Positions 41,334 through 51,135 are shown, counted from the stretch's first letter. The stretch is DNA of 64,000 nt from Tagaea sp. (GCA_965279525.1 CBDIIB010000005.1:512001-576000), one strand, 5' to 3'. Notes: generated by a model from the letters alone, not told the origin. Made by a program: numbers and translations.

Positions 41334-42674
41334 TCAGGTGCGCGGCCGGCCGGCGCTGTCGCCCTTCGCGGCGGCGCGCTCGAGCGAACGGCGGAACCGG
41401 CGCAGCCCGTACCACACCAGTACCGCGACGATCGGGATCGCGAAGCCGGTCGCGATGTCCTTGTCGAAACGGAAGCCGGCGGCCTCGAGGGCCCGCATGG
41501 CGTAGGCGACGAGGCCGACCGTGTAATAGGTGATCGCGGCGACCGACAGGCCCTCGACCGTCTCCTGCAGGCGCAGCTGGAGCTGGGCACGCCGGTCCAT
41601 CGAGCCGAGCAGATCCTGGTTCTGTGCTTCGACCGCGATGTCCACACGCGTGCGCAGCAAGGCACCCGCGCGCGTCAGGCGCTGCGACATCTGGGCGAGC
41701 CGGTCGGCGGTCGCCTCGCAGGTACGCAAGGCCGGTGCAAACCGCCGGTCCATGAATTCGCGGTAGGTCTGCAGGCCCTCGATGCGTTCTTCGCGCAGTT
41801 CGCCGACACGCTTGGAGACGAGCTCGGCATAGGCGCGTGCGGCGCCGAACCGGTAGGCCGACGCCGCCGTCGCCCGTTCGATCAGTGCCGAAAGCTCGGT
41901 CAGCCGGTCGAGCAATGCCCGCTGTTCGCCAACACCGGCAGAGCGCGGCATGGCGTCCATGATGCCGAGCAGGTCGCCGTCGACGACGGTGATCTGCGGG
42001 CCGATCTCGCGCGCCACCGGCAGGGCCAGCATCGCCATGGTGCGGTAGGTCTCGATCTCGAGCAGGCGCTGGATCAGGCGGCCGCACTGGCGGTTGCCAA
42101 GGCCGCGGTCGTGCACGACCAGCCGGCCGAACCCGTCGGCGTGCAGGCGGAAGTCGGTCCACGCCACGGCATTGCCGCCGGCCATCGTGCTGCCGACCAG
42201 ATAGTCGGCATGCAGCCAGCCGCCCAGCTCGTCGATGTCGGGGGCGGCGCGCTCGCGCGCCAGCAGTGCCACGTGCACGGCGACGATCCGCTCGCCCGGG
42301 ATCGCGGCGACCCATTCGGCCGGGGCAAGGTCGATGGCGTTCTGCGCGAACGGCGTGCCGAAGACGCCGGCCTTCAGGAACGTCCAGGTGCAGAATTCGG
42401 TGTGCCGCTCCCACTTGACGCGGAAGCCGTCGAGCTCGGCGACGAAATGGTTGGCGCCGGGCGGCGGATGGCCGATGCCGTAGCGTTCGCACAGGGCCGT
42501 CAGGTGCGCGCGGTCGGCCGCCGCCCCCGATTCGCCCGACGTCATCGCGAGATGGCTTGCCCGTTCGGGTGCCGCCAGGCTCAGGAAGGGTCTTGCATGG
42601 ACCTCGTTGGCGAGTGCGACGCGCTGGGGATGTTCGCGGACCGTCCTGACTTGCTCGTTCGCCGTCGCCGCCAT
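41334..42674 (-). CDS. DUF3422 family membrane-anchored protein
   Basis: L.NEVHARPF, WERHTEF, RLLEIETYR, LRTRVD, QLRLQETVEGLSVAAITYY, and 2 C-terminal TMs. Confidence 0.88.
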   Translation of the reverse strand: MAATANEQVRTVREHPQRVALANEVHARPFLSLAAPERASHLAMTSGESGAAADRAHLTALCERYGIGHPPPGANHFVAELDGFRVKWERHTEFCTWTFLKAGVFGTPFAQNAIDLAPAEWVAAIPGERIVAVHVALLARERAAPDIDELGGWLHADYLVGSTMAGGNAVAWTDFRLHADGFGRLVVHDRGLGNRQCGRLIQRLLEIETYRTMAMLALPVAREIGPQITVVDGDLLGIMDAMPRSAGVGEQRALLDRLTELSALIERATAASAYRFGAARAYAELVSKRVGELREERIEGLQTYREFMDRRFAPALRTCEATADRLAQMSQRLTRAGALLRTRVDIAVEAQNQDLLGSMDRRAQLQLRLQETVEGLSVAAITYYTVGLVAYAMRALEAAGFRFDKDIATGFAIPIVAVLVWYGLRRFRRSLERAAAKGDSAGRPRT

Positions 42675-42783
42675 GCTTCACCGTCCTCCCTGCCCCGACC
42701 TTAAGGGGTCCGGACGGCATTTGGAATTGGCGCCGCACCGTCCTATGTTCCCTGTCAGCCCTTTTCCGGAGTACCCCTATCCG

Positions 42784-44217
42784 ATGAGCCATCTCGCCCG
42801 CACCGACGCGCTGTTCTTCGACCAGGCCGGTCTCGACCGCGCGAAGGCCCAAAAACAGGTCGACGACGCGCTGAAGGGCATGGACGACGGCGAGCTGTTC
42901 CTCGAATACCGTCAGTCGGAAAGCCTCGCCTTCGACGACGGCAAGCTCAAGAGCGCTTCGTTCGATACCGCGCAGGGCTTCGGTCTGCGCTCGATCCTGG
43001 GCGACACGGCCGCCTATGCGCACGCCTCCGACCTCAGCCACGACGCGATCGCGCGGGCTGCACGCACCGTGGGGGCGATCCGTTCCGGTTCCGGCGGCGT
43101 CGCCGCCCCCGGCCCCAAGGGCACCAATTCGATCCTCTATGCCGACGAGAACCCGCTCGAGCTGATGGCGTTCGCCGACAAGGCGAAGCTCTTGGGCGAG
43201 ATCGACGCCTATGCCAGAGCCAAGGACAGCCGCGTGCGCCAGGTCATGTGCTCGATCGCCGGCGAATGGCAGGCCGTGCAGATCATCCGGGCCGACGGCG
43301 AACGCATCGCCGACATCCGCCCGCTCGTGCGCCTCAATGTGTCGGTCGTCGTGGGCGAAGGCGACAAGCAGGAAACCGGTTCGCACGGCTGGGGCGGGCG
43401 CTTCGCGTTCGAGACCGTCGTCGATCCGGCCAACTGGAAGCATGGCGTCGATGAGGCTGTGCGCCAGGCGCTGGTCAATCTCGGTTCCATCCCGGCACCG
43501 GCGGGCGAAATGCAGGTCGTGCTCGGGCCGGGCTGGCCCGGCATACTCTTGCACGAGGCGATCGGCCACGGCCTGGAAGGCGATTTCAACCGCAAGAAGA
43601 CCTCGGCGTTCTCCGGCCTGATGGGCCAGCGCGTGGCGGCCAAGGGTGTGACCGTCGTCGACGACGGCACGCTGCGCGACCGGCGCGGCTCGCTGACGGT
43701 CGACGACGAGGGCACGCCCGGCCAGCGCACCGTGCTGATCGAGGACGGAATCCTGGTCGGCTACATGCAGGACCGGCAGAACGCGCGCCTGATGGGCATG
43801 CAGCCCACCGGCAACGGACGGCGCGAGAGCTTCGCCCATCACCCGATGCCGCGCATGACCAACACGGTCATGGAAGCCGGCCCGCACGCGCCCGAGGAGA
43901 TCATCCGCTCGGTCAAGAAGGGTCTCTACGCGGTCAATTTCGGCGGCGGGCAGGTCGACATCACGTCGGGCAAGTTCGTGTTCAACGCGGCCGAGGCGTA
44001 CCTCATCGAGGACGGCAAGGTCGGCCCGGCGGTCAAGGGCGCCATGCTGATCGGCAACGGGCCGGATTCGCTCACGCAGGTGAAGATGGTCGGCAACGAC
44101 ATGAAGCTCGATCCCGGCGTGGGCACGTGCGGCAAGGACGGCCAGGGCGTGCCGGTCGGCGTGGGCCAGCCCACGCTGCTGCTCGACAAGCTGACGGTCG
44201 GCGGCACGGCCGCCTGA
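42784..44217 (+). CDS. tldD: Metalloprotease TldD
   Basis: DDGELFLE, DIRPLVR, LHEAIGHGLEGD, PRMTNT, CGKDGQGVPV. Confidence 0.95.
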   Translation: MSHLARTDALFFDQAGLDRAKAQKQVDDALKGMDDGELFLEYRQSESLAFDDGKLKSASFDTAQGFGLRSILGDTAAYAHASDLSHDAIARAARTVGAIRSGSGGVAAPGPKGTNSILYADENPLELMAFADKAKLLGEIDAYARAKDSRVRQVMCSIAGEWQAVQIIRADGERIADIRPLVRLNVSVVVGEGDKQETGSHGWGGRFAFETVVDPANWKHGVDEAVRQALVNLGSIPAPAGEMQVVLGPGWPGILLHEAIGHGLEGDFNRKKTSAFSGLMGQRVAAKGVTVVDDGTLRDRRGSLTVDDEGTPGQRTVLIEDGILVGYMQDRQNARLMGMQPTGNGRRESFAHHPMPRMTNTVMEAGPHAPEEIIRSVKKGLYAVNFGGGQVDITSGKFVFNAAEAYLIEDGKVGPAVKGAMLIGNGPDSLTQVKMVGNDMKLDPGVGTCGKDGQGVPVGVGQPTLLLDKLTVGGTAA

Positions 44218-44231
44218 CCGGACGCACACAC

Positions 44232-44852
44232 ATGACAAACGGAACACACGAGGCGGTCGAACCGCTGTCCGGCCTTTTCGTGCGCCTGCTCGATCCGGCA
44301 CGCGGGGCCACCATCACGCTGCGCGAGATGCTCGACGAGCTCGGCGAACGCGGCTTCGGCGCACTCATCGTGCTGCTGTGCCTGCCCAACTTCCTGCCCT
44401 TCTCGATCCCCGGCTTCTCGGCGCTGACCGGCCTGCCGATCGCGGTGATGTGCGGGCTGCTGCTGGCGGGCGTGCGCAAGCCGTGGCTGCCGGCGCGCAT
44501 GCTCGACCGCGGCGTCGACCGCGCCACCTATGCCGGCGTGGTCGGCCGCTTCCTGCCGTGGCTCCGGAAGGCCGAAGGCTGGGTCGGCCCCAGCCTGCCC
44601 GGCCTCACCTCGCCGATGGGCGAACGCTTCATCGGCCTGTTCGGCATCCCGGTCGCGATCCTGCTCGCCGCCCCGATCCCGTTCGGCAACCCGCCGCCGG
44701 CCCTGGCGCTGGCGCTGCTCGCCATCGGCATCCTCGAGCGCGACGGGCGCTTCGTGATCGCGGGCTATGTGGCGGGCGTGCTCGCCTTCGTGCTCGTCGG
44801 CGTGCTGGTCTGGGGCCTGTTCGGCGCCGGCATGGCCGTGCTCGGGAGCTAG
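44232..44852 (+). CDS. ExoD family membrane protein
   Basis: LGERGFG, LPNFLP..IPG.S, PWLP, PIPFGN..P, ERDG. Confidence 0.85.
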   Translation: MTNGTHEAVEPLSGLFVRLLDPARGATITLREMLDELGERGFGALIVLLCLPNFLPFSIPGFSALTGLPIAVMCGLLLAGVRKPWLPARMLDRGVDRATYAGVVGRFLPWLRKAEGWVGPSLPGLTSPMGERFIGLFGIPVAILLAAPIPFGNPPPALALALLAIGILERDGRFVIAGYVAGVLAFVLVGVLVWGLFGAGMAVLGS

Positions 44853-44859
44853 GCCTGCG

Positions 44860-45666
44860 ATGGCGCTTGGAACATATGGCGACGCGGTTCTGCTGGGTCT
44901 TGTCGAGGGGCTGACCGAGTTCATCCCCGTCTCGTCGACAGGCCACCTGCTGCTGGGCGCGGAGCTGCTGGGCTTCGAAGGCCCGCCCGGGCGCACGTTC
45001 GAGATCGCGATCCAGCTCGGCGCCATCCTCGCGATCCTGTGGGTCTACCGCGCCAAGCTGTTCGGCGTTGCCTTCGGCATGGTCAAGGAACCCGCCGACC
45101 GGCGCTTCGCACTCAACGTGCTGCTCGCCTTCATCCCGGCCCTCGTGCTCGGCTTCACGCTGCACGGCTTCATCAAGAACGTGCTGTTCAATCCGTGGGT
45201 CGTGTCGGTCGCGCTGATCGTGGGCGGCATCGCGATCCTGTGGATCGAGCGCAACCTGCCGCTTGCCCGCACGCACGAAGTGGACCAGATGAGCCCGCTG
45301 CTCGCGTTCAAGATCGGTGCCTGCCAGGTGCTGGCGATGATCCCGGGCGTGTCGCGCTCCGGCGCCACGATCATGGGCGCCCTGCTGATGGGTGTGGACC
45401 GCAAGACCGCGACCGAGTTCTCGTTCTTCCTCGCGATCCCGACGATGCTGGGCGCGACCGTCTACGACCTCTACAAGAACCGCGCCCTGCTGGGCGACGG
45501 CGACTACGCCGTCATCGCGGTGGGCTTCGTCACCGCGTTCGTCGCAGCATTGTTCGTCGTGCGCACGGTCGTCGCGTTCGTCTCCCGCCACGGCTTCGTG
45601 CCGTTCGCGTGGTACCGGATCGCGGTCGGTGCGGTGGCGCTGATGATCCTCGTCGTCCGGGGCTAG
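44860..45666 (+). CDS. uppP: Undecaprenyl-diphosphate phosphatase
   Basis: EGLTEFIPVSSTGH, PGVSRSGATI, EFSFFLAIP. Confidence 0.95.
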   Translation: MALGTYGDAVLLGLVEGLTEFIPVSSTGHLLLGAELLGFEGPPGRTFEIAIQLGAILAILWVYRAKLFGVAFGMVKEPADRRFALNVLLAFIPALVLGFTLHGFIKNVLFNPWVVSVALIVGGIAILWIERNLPLARTHEVDQMSPLLAFKIGACQVLAMIPGVSRSGATIMGALLMGVDRKTATEFSFFLAIPTMLGATVYDLYKNRALLGDGDYAVIAVGFVTAFVAALFVVRTVVAFVSRHGFVPFAWYRIAVGAVALMILVVRG

Positions 45667-46112
45667 TACCGCCGATACGGCAGGAACTTCCCGTGCATCG
45701 TGATCTTGACGCGGTCGCCCTTCGGGTCGGGCAGGCGGACCATGTCCATCTCGTAGTCGATGGCCGACATGATGCCGTCGCCGAATTCCTCGTGGATCAG
45801 TTCCTTCCACGTCGTGCCGTAGACCTGCACGAGCTCGTAGAAGCGGTAGACCAGCGGATCGGTCGGCGGGCCCGGCGGCAGCGAGCCGCGATAGGGGATC
45901 TCGCACAGGATCTCGGCTTCTTCCTTCGAAAGGCCGAGGAGCTTCGCCGCCTTCGCCGCATGCTCGGGCAGCATCGACATCTGGCCGAGCAGGGCCGCCG
46001 TCGTCCAGACCGGGTTCATGCCGACCGCGTCGGCGATCTTCTTCCAGCTCAGCTTTTTCTTCTTCTTGAGTTTAAGGATCTTCTCGCCGAGCGCGTCCTT
46101 GGCTTCGTTCAT
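45663..46112 (-). CDS. cynS: Cyanase
   Basis: PTDPLVYRFYE, EEFGDGIMSAID, GKFLPY. Confidence 0.95.
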   Translation of the reverse strand: MNEAKDALGEKILKLKKKKKLSWKKIADAVGMNPVWTTAALLGQMSMLPEHAAKAAKLLGLSKEEAEILCEIPYRGSLPPGPPTDPLVYRFYELVQVYGTTWKELIHEEFGDGIMSAIDYEMDMVRLPDPKGDRVKITMHGKFLPYRRY

Positions 46113-46142
46113 CGTGTCCTCCTTGGAAAATCTCGTTGGCGG

Positions 46143-46994
46143 TCAGGCGGCTAGGCCGGGGCTGACCGCGGGCGGATGCAGCGGGTCGTAGCCGGCCGGC
46201 AGGCTCGCCGCGAAGTTCTTCGAGCGCTCGACCAGGAAATCCACGATGTGGTTGCGGATCCGGTAGTAGTGCGGATGCTTGTGGATGTCGTGGCGCGTGC
46301 GGGTGCGCGGCAGCGTGTTGACGACGATCTCGGCGATGCGCGCCCCCGGCCCGTTGGTCATCAGCACGATGCGGTCGGCGAGCAGGATCGCCTCGTCCAC
46401 GTCGTGCGTGATCATGAACACGGTCTGCTGCGTGGCGGCGCACAGGCGCAGCACTTCCTCCTGCAGCGTGCCCCGCGTCAGCGCATCCAGCGCCGAGAAC
46501 GGCTCGTCCATCAGCAGCATCTTGGGCTCGATCGAAAGGGCGCGCGCGATGCCCACGCGCTGCTTCATGCCGCCCGACAGCATCGCGGGGCGCTTGCGCT
46601 CGGAGCCCGTGAGGCCCACGAGGTCGATGAATTTCTGGCAGTGCGCGCGGACCTTGGCGCGGTCCCAGTCGGGCCAGCGCGAGGAAACTGCAAAGGCGAT
46701 GTTCTCGATGGCACTCATCCACGGCATCAGCGCATGGCCCTGGAAGATGACCGCGCGGTCGAGCGACGGACCCGACGCCTCGCGCCCGCCGACCAGCACC
46801 ACGCCGTCGTCGCTGGCGTCGAGGCCGGCGAGGATGTTGAGGATCGTCGTCTTGCCGCAGCCCGAATGGCCGATCAGGCAGACGAATTCGCCCTTCGCGA
46901 TGGCGAAATGCACGTTCTCGAAGACCGTCTGGGTGTCGCCGCCGGGCTGCGCGAAGCGGCGCGCGATGCCCTGGATCGAGACGTAATCCTGCAT
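46143..46994 (-). CDS. Cyanate/nitrate-type ABC transporter ATPase (CynD/NrtD-like)
   Basis: GHSGCGKT, LSGGMKQRVG, DEPFSALDALTR, MTNGP. Confidence 0.88.
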   Translation of the reverse strand: MQDYVSIQGIARRFAQPGGDTQTVFENVHFAIAKGEFVCLIGHSGCGKTTILNILAGLDASDDGVVLVGGREASGPSLDRAVIFQGHALMPWMSAIENIAFAVSSRWPDWDRAKVRAHCQKFIDLVGLTGSERKRPAMLSGGMKQRVGIARALSIEPKMLLMDEPFSALDALTRGTLQEEVLRLCAATQQTVFMITHDVDEAILLADRIVLMTNGPGARIAEIVVNTLPRTRTRHDIHKHPHYYRIRNHIVDFLVERSKNFAASLPAGYDPLHPPAVSPGLAA

Positions 46995-47007
46995 GGCCAC
47001 CACCCGC

Positions 47008-47847
47008 CTACTCCTGGAACGTGACGAGCTTGGTGGCAAGCCCGAGCAGCTGGTCGAGCGCCATGCCGACCACGCCGATCACCAGGATCGCCGTGATGAT
47101 GCTGGCGAGCGACAGGTTGTTCCACTCGTTCCAGACGAAATAGCCGATGCCGGTCCCGCCCACGAGCATCTCGGCCGCGACGATGACGAGCCACGCGATG
47201 CCGATGGAGATGCGCATGCCGGTCATGATCGTGGGCGCTGCCGCCGGCAGGATCACGCGTAGTGCCGTGCGCAGCGGGCCCACCTCCAGCGTGCGCGCGA
47301 CGTTGAGCCATTCACGGCGCACGCCCGCCACGCCGAAGGCGGTGTTGATCAGCATCGGCCAGACCGAGCAGATGAAGATCACGAAGATCGACGAGGTGGC
47401 GCTGTCCTTGATCGTGTAGAGGGCGAGCGGCATCCACGCGAGCGGCGAGATCGGCCGCAGCACCTGGATGAACGGGTTGAGCGCGCCATAGACCATCGGC
47501 GACATGCCGATCAGGAACCCGAGCGGGATCGCCAGCAGGGCCGCGATGCCGAAGCCCGCCAGCACGCGCGCCAACGAATAGGCGAGCTGGATGCCGATGC
47601 CCTTGTCGTTGGTGCCGCGGTCGGCGAACGGATCGGCGAGCTGCTGGACGAGCTTGACGCCCACGTCGACGGGCGTGGGCATCGGCGTCTGCTTGCCCTG
47701 CTGGGCCGAAGCACCGAGCAACGCGGCGTATTCCGGGTCCAGCGCCGGACCCGTCCCCGCCGTTGGCATCGTCGCGATCTGCCACGCCCCCAGGAAGAGG
47801 GCGAGCAGGATCGCCGACAGCAGCGCCGACTTCGCCTTGACCGGCAT
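47008..47847 (-). CDS. Cyanate/nitrate-type ABC transporter permease (CynB/NrtB-like)
   Basis: PF.D.G.NDKGIG, LRPISPLAWMP, AWLVIVAAEML, WNEWNNL. Confidence 0.88.
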   Translation of the reverse strand: MPVKAKSALLSAILLALFLGAWQIATMPTAGTGPALDPEYAALLGASAQQGKQTPMPTPVDVGVKLVQQLADPFADRGTNDKGIGIQLAYSLARVLAGFGIAALLAIPLGFLIGMSPMVYGALNPFIQVLRPISPLAWMPLALYTIKDSATSSIFVIFICSVWPMLINTAFGVAGVRREWLNVARTLEVGPLRTALRVILPAAAPTIMTGMRISIGIAWLVIVAAEMLVGGTGIGYFVWNEWNNLSLASIITAILVIGVVGMALDQLLGLATKLVTFQE

Positions 47848-47859
47848 GTCCGCCGCCCG

Positions 47860-49251
47860 TCAGGTCCGCTTGATGGCGAAGGAGGCGATGTACTCCTCCG
47901 GCATCGCCGGATCGAACTCCTTGCCCATGATCACGTGCTTGCGCTTGGTCGCGGTGGGCGGCGTCATGCCGCTTTCGCGCATGGTCTTCGCCGCGTCGGT
48001 CGCGAGGAACACCTGCTCGGCAAGCTGGCCGTAGCTGACGTCGCCCTTGATCTGGCCCCAGCGCTTCATCTGCGTGAGCATCCAGATCGCCATCGAGTGC
48101 CACGGGTAGGGGTCGAAATCGATGCGTCCCGGCACGCGGCGCACCTGGCCGAGGCCGTCGGCGTAGGTCCCGCTCAGCACCTGCTCGACCACCGTGACCG
48201 GCTGGTTGAGATAGTTCTGCGCCGAGATCGCCTCGGCGATCTGCTTGCGGTTCTCGGGCTTGCGCGCGAAGGCGGCGGCGTCGACGATCGAGCGCATCAG
48301 CGCCTGGAACGTGTTGGGCATCGACTGCACGAAATCGCGGCTGGCGGCGAACACGCAGCACGGATGCCCGTCCCACAATTCGCGCGTCAGCACGTGGATG
48401 AAGCCCACCCCGTCGAACACGGCGCGCTGGTTGAACGGGTCGGGCCCCAGGAACCCGTCGATGTTGTCGGCGCGCAGGTTGGCCACCATTTCCGGCGGCG
48501 GCACCGAGCGGATCGACACGTCGCGGTCGGGATCGAGGCCGGCTTCGGCGAGGTAGTAGCGCAGCAGGTAGTTGTGCATCGAATAGTCGAAGGGTACCGC
48601 GAAGCGGAAGCCCTTCCACGTCTTGGGGTCGCGCTTTTCCTTGTGCTTGGTCGCGAGCGTGATCGCCTGCCCGTTGATGTTCTGGATCGCCCCCAGCGAC
48701 CACGGGATCGGGGCCGAGCCCACGCCCATCGAGATGGCGAGCGGCATGGGCGCCAGCATATGCGCCGCGTCGTATTCCTTGTTGAGCGACTTGTCGCGGA
48801 TGACGGCCCAGCCGGCCGTGCGCACGACGTTCACATCCAGGCCATTCTTCGAATAATAGCCCATCGGGTGGGCCATGATGATGGGTGTGGAGCACGTGAT
48901 CGGGATGAAGCCGACATCGAGCTTCTGCTTTTCGAGCGCCTTGGGCGCCTGGGCCGCGACCTCGCGGATGAAGCCCATCGGCAGCACGCTGGCGATGGCG
49001 GCAGCCGCCGTCCCGCTGCCGACCGCGCGCAGGAAGCCGCGGCGTTTGGTGTCGGCGCCAAGCACCGCGCGCACGACGGCCGCCTCGAACAGGTCGGCCA
49101 TCTTCGAATCGGTATCGGGCGTGGCCGTTTCGCGCGGCGGGTGCGAAAGATTGGCGAAGGGCGAGGCCGCGTTGTGCTCGGAAAGGCTCGAATGGCTGCC
49201 GCAGGGGCAACCGCCGATCGACGCGTTGGGGTCATATGGGTTGCCGAGCAT
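47860..49251 (-). CDS. Cyanate ABC transporter substrate-binding protein (CynA; NrtA/CmpA family)
   Basis: N-terminal CPCGSH, Tat-like RRGFL, GFIPITC, PFDYSMHNYLLRYYL, GHPCC; same operon as cynS. Confidence 0.85.
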   Translation of the reverse strand: MLGNPYDPNASIGGCPCGSHSSLSEHNAASPFANLSHPPRETATPDTDSKMADLFEAAVVRAVLGADTKRRGFLRAVGSGTAAAAIASVLPMGFIREVAAQAPKALEKQKLDVGFIPITCSTPIIMAHPMGYYSKNGLDVNVVRTAGWAVIRDKSLNKEYDAAHMLAPMPLAISMGVGSAPIPWSLGAIQNINGQAITLATKHKEKRDPKTWKGFRFAVPFDYSMHNYLLRYYLAEAGLDPDRDVSIRSVPPPEMVANLRADNIDGFLGPDPFNQRAVFDGVGFIHVLTRELWDGHPCCVFAASRDFVQSMPNTFQALMRSIVDAAAFARKPENRKQIAEAISAQNYLNQPVTVVEQVLSGTYADGLGQVRRVPGRIDFDPYPWHSMAIWMLTQMKRWGQIKGDVSYGQLAEQVFLATDAAKTMRESGMTPPTATKRKHVIMGKEFDPAMPEEYIASFAIKRT

Positions 49252-49295
49252 CGCGGACGCCTCCCTGTCGGTGGAACGAAAAAGCGTAAAAATTC

Positions 49296-49311
49296 AGCAA
49301 TTCCCATGCCA
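49296..49311 (-). promoter_or_regulatory. sigma54 promoter of the cyn operon
   Basis: Minus strand TGGCATGGGAATTGCT is a near-consensus -24/-12 site, about 45 nt upstream of the start codon. Confidence 0.8.
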
Positions 49312-49394
49312 CCCCAAGGACCTGCCCGGAATATCGCCAAGGCGGGTGGAAAATCGAACATTGAATTGCCGCCGGGAGTGCTTACATTGAAGGC

Positions 49395-49988
49395 ATGAGC
49401 AAGCTCCGCCCCCTCCTTCTCGCCTCCGTCGCCGTCCTCGCCCTCGCGGCCTGCGACGACAAATCCGACATCGCCTCCGAGTTCGTGCGCGACGAGAGCC
49501 AGTGCGCGAGCCAGGGCAATCCCGGCGCCTGCCGCCAGGCGCTGATGGACGCGCGCGAGGCCCATGTGCGCACGGCACCGGCCTTCGCCAGCGCCGAAGC
49601 CTGCGAAGAGAAATTCGGGGCAGCCAACTGCCAGCCGGTCACCGGCATCAAGCCGACGACCGAGCAGCTTGCCGCCGCGGGCACCGAGCCCGCCCAGGTC
49701 CAGCAGGCCAGCGGCTCGTTCTTCATGCCGCTGCTCGCCGGCTACATGATGGGCCGGCTCGCCGGCGGCGGTTTCGCCGCCCAGCCGCTCTACCGCGACA
49801 CGCAGAACCGCGCCTATTCCGGCACCCGGCCGACCGGCACGACCTTCGACAGCCGTGCCATGCCGCCGCCGCGCTCGGTGGCGCAGACCGCCGCTGCCGG
49901 CAGCTCGACGGCAGCCGCACGCCCGGCAGCACCCGTCGAACGGGGCGGCTTCGGGCGCACCGGCTCGGGTCGCGTCTCGGGCAGCTGA
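49395..49988 (+). CDS. DUF1190 (YgiB/YjfM-like) lipoprotein
   Basis: Lipobox LAAC, AP.F.S...CE..FG...C, FMPLLAGYMMG, QPLY, and an RGGFG tail. Confidence 0.88.
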   Translation: MSKLRPLLLASVAVLALAACDDKSDIASEFVRDESQCASQGNPGACRQALMDAREAHVRTAPAFASAEACEEKFGAANCQPVTGIKPTTEQLAAAGTEPAQVQQASGSFFMPLLAGYMMGRLAGGGFAAQPLYRDTQNRAYSGTRPTGTTFDSRAMPPPRSVAQTAAAGSSTAAARPAAPVERGGFGRTGSGRVSGS

Positions 49989-49998
49989 CACTTCCCAC

Positions 49999-51135
49999 AT
50001 GGAACGGATCGCGACGGGGGCGCGGGCGGATCTCGTCCGGCGCATAGCCGAGCTTGGCCTGCCCGCCGAACATGACGACGGCACGCCCTATCTGGTCGCC
50101 GATGCCGGCTACGCGCTCGACAAGGCCGAGATCGACGAGATTTACGACGCCAGCGTCGAGCTCGAGCGCCTGTGCCTCGACCTCGTCAACCGCGTGGTCA
50201 ACGAGGACCTGTTCGACCGCTTCGACCTGTCCCCGCTTGCCGCCCGCCTCGTCGCGGATTCGTGGGACCGCCAGGCGCGCAACCTGATCGGCCGCTTCGA
50301 CCTCGCCTGGCGCCCGGGCAGCCCGCCGAAACTCCTCGAATACAACGCCGAAACGCCCGTCGCCCTCGTCGAAGCAGCGCGCTTCCAGGCCGAATGGTGT
50401 GCGCTCGCCATGCCGGGCGCCCTGCAGTTCAACGAGATCGAAGGCCGGCTCGTCGAGGCGTGGCGCAATTTCGGCCTGCCGCGCCTGCCGGTTCATTTCA
50501 CCGGTGCGGCCGACGACGCCGAAGCCACGCTGACGCTCGATTTCCTCGCCGCCACCGCGCGCGGGGCCGGGCTCGAGGCGGTACGCCTCGATCTTGATGC
50601 CATCGGCTGGGACGGCGAGAAGTTCCTCGACGCCGACGACCGGCCGATCCGCACGCTCTTCAAGCTCTATCCGTGGGCCTGGCTCGTCGAGGACGATTTC
50701 GGGCCGCATATCGAATCATCCGGCCTGACCGCGATCGAGCCCGCATGGAAGATGCTGCTGGCCAACAAGCGCATGCTGCCTTTGCTGTGGGAGATGCATC
50801 CCGGCCACCCCAACCTGCTGCCGGCAAGCCTCGACGCCGGCGCCATCGCCGGGCCGGCGGTCGCCAAGCCCGCACTGGGTCGCGACGGCGCGGGCGTGAA
50901 GATGTTCGCCGGCGGTCTCGGTGCCGCCGCGACAGGCGGCGACACCCAGGACCCCGACCCGAAGGACGGCCCGCTCGTCTACCAGACGATGGCGGCACTC
51001 GAAAAATCGGGCACGGCCTCCGTGCTCGCCTCGACCTGGATGGTCGCCTCGCAGCCCGCGGGGCTGGCCCTGCGCGAGGCCGACGGCGACTTCGTCGGCT
51101 CGACCGCGCGCTTCGTTCCGCATTTCGTGCGCTGA
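49999..51135 (+). CDS. Glutathionylspermidine synthase-like ATP-grasp ligase (YgiC/YjfC family)
   Basis: GRFD, KLLEYNAETP, FKLYPW, EPAWK..LANK, HPNLL, KP..GR.G, FVPH. Confidence 0.88.
   Translation: MERIATGARADLVRRIAELGLPAEHDDGTPYLVADAGYALDKAEIDEIYDASVELERLCLDLVNRVVNEDLFDRFDLSPLAARLVADSWDRQARNLIGRFDLAWRPGSPPKLLEYNAETPVALVEAARFQAEWCALAMPGALQFNEIEGRLVEAWRNFGLPRLPVHFTGAADDAEATLTLDFLAATARGAGLEAVRLDLDAIGWDGEKFLDADDRPIRTLFKLYPWAWLVEDDFGPHIESSGLTAIEPAWKMLLANKRMLPLLWEMHPGHPNLLPASLDAGAIAGPAVAKPALGRDGAGVKMFAGGLGAAATGGDTQDPDPKDGPLVYQTMAALEKSGTASVLASTWMVASQPAGLALREADGDFVGSTARFVPHFVR

Noticed and set aside
42721-42748. Possible RpoH promoter before tldD (and a similar motif near 49361-49390)
   Set aside because: The match is too degenerate to support without TSS data.
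46053-46070. Poly-Lys/A-rich run in cynS as a possible frameshift site
   Set aside because: The frame is intact and the cyanase is full length, so no recoding is needed.
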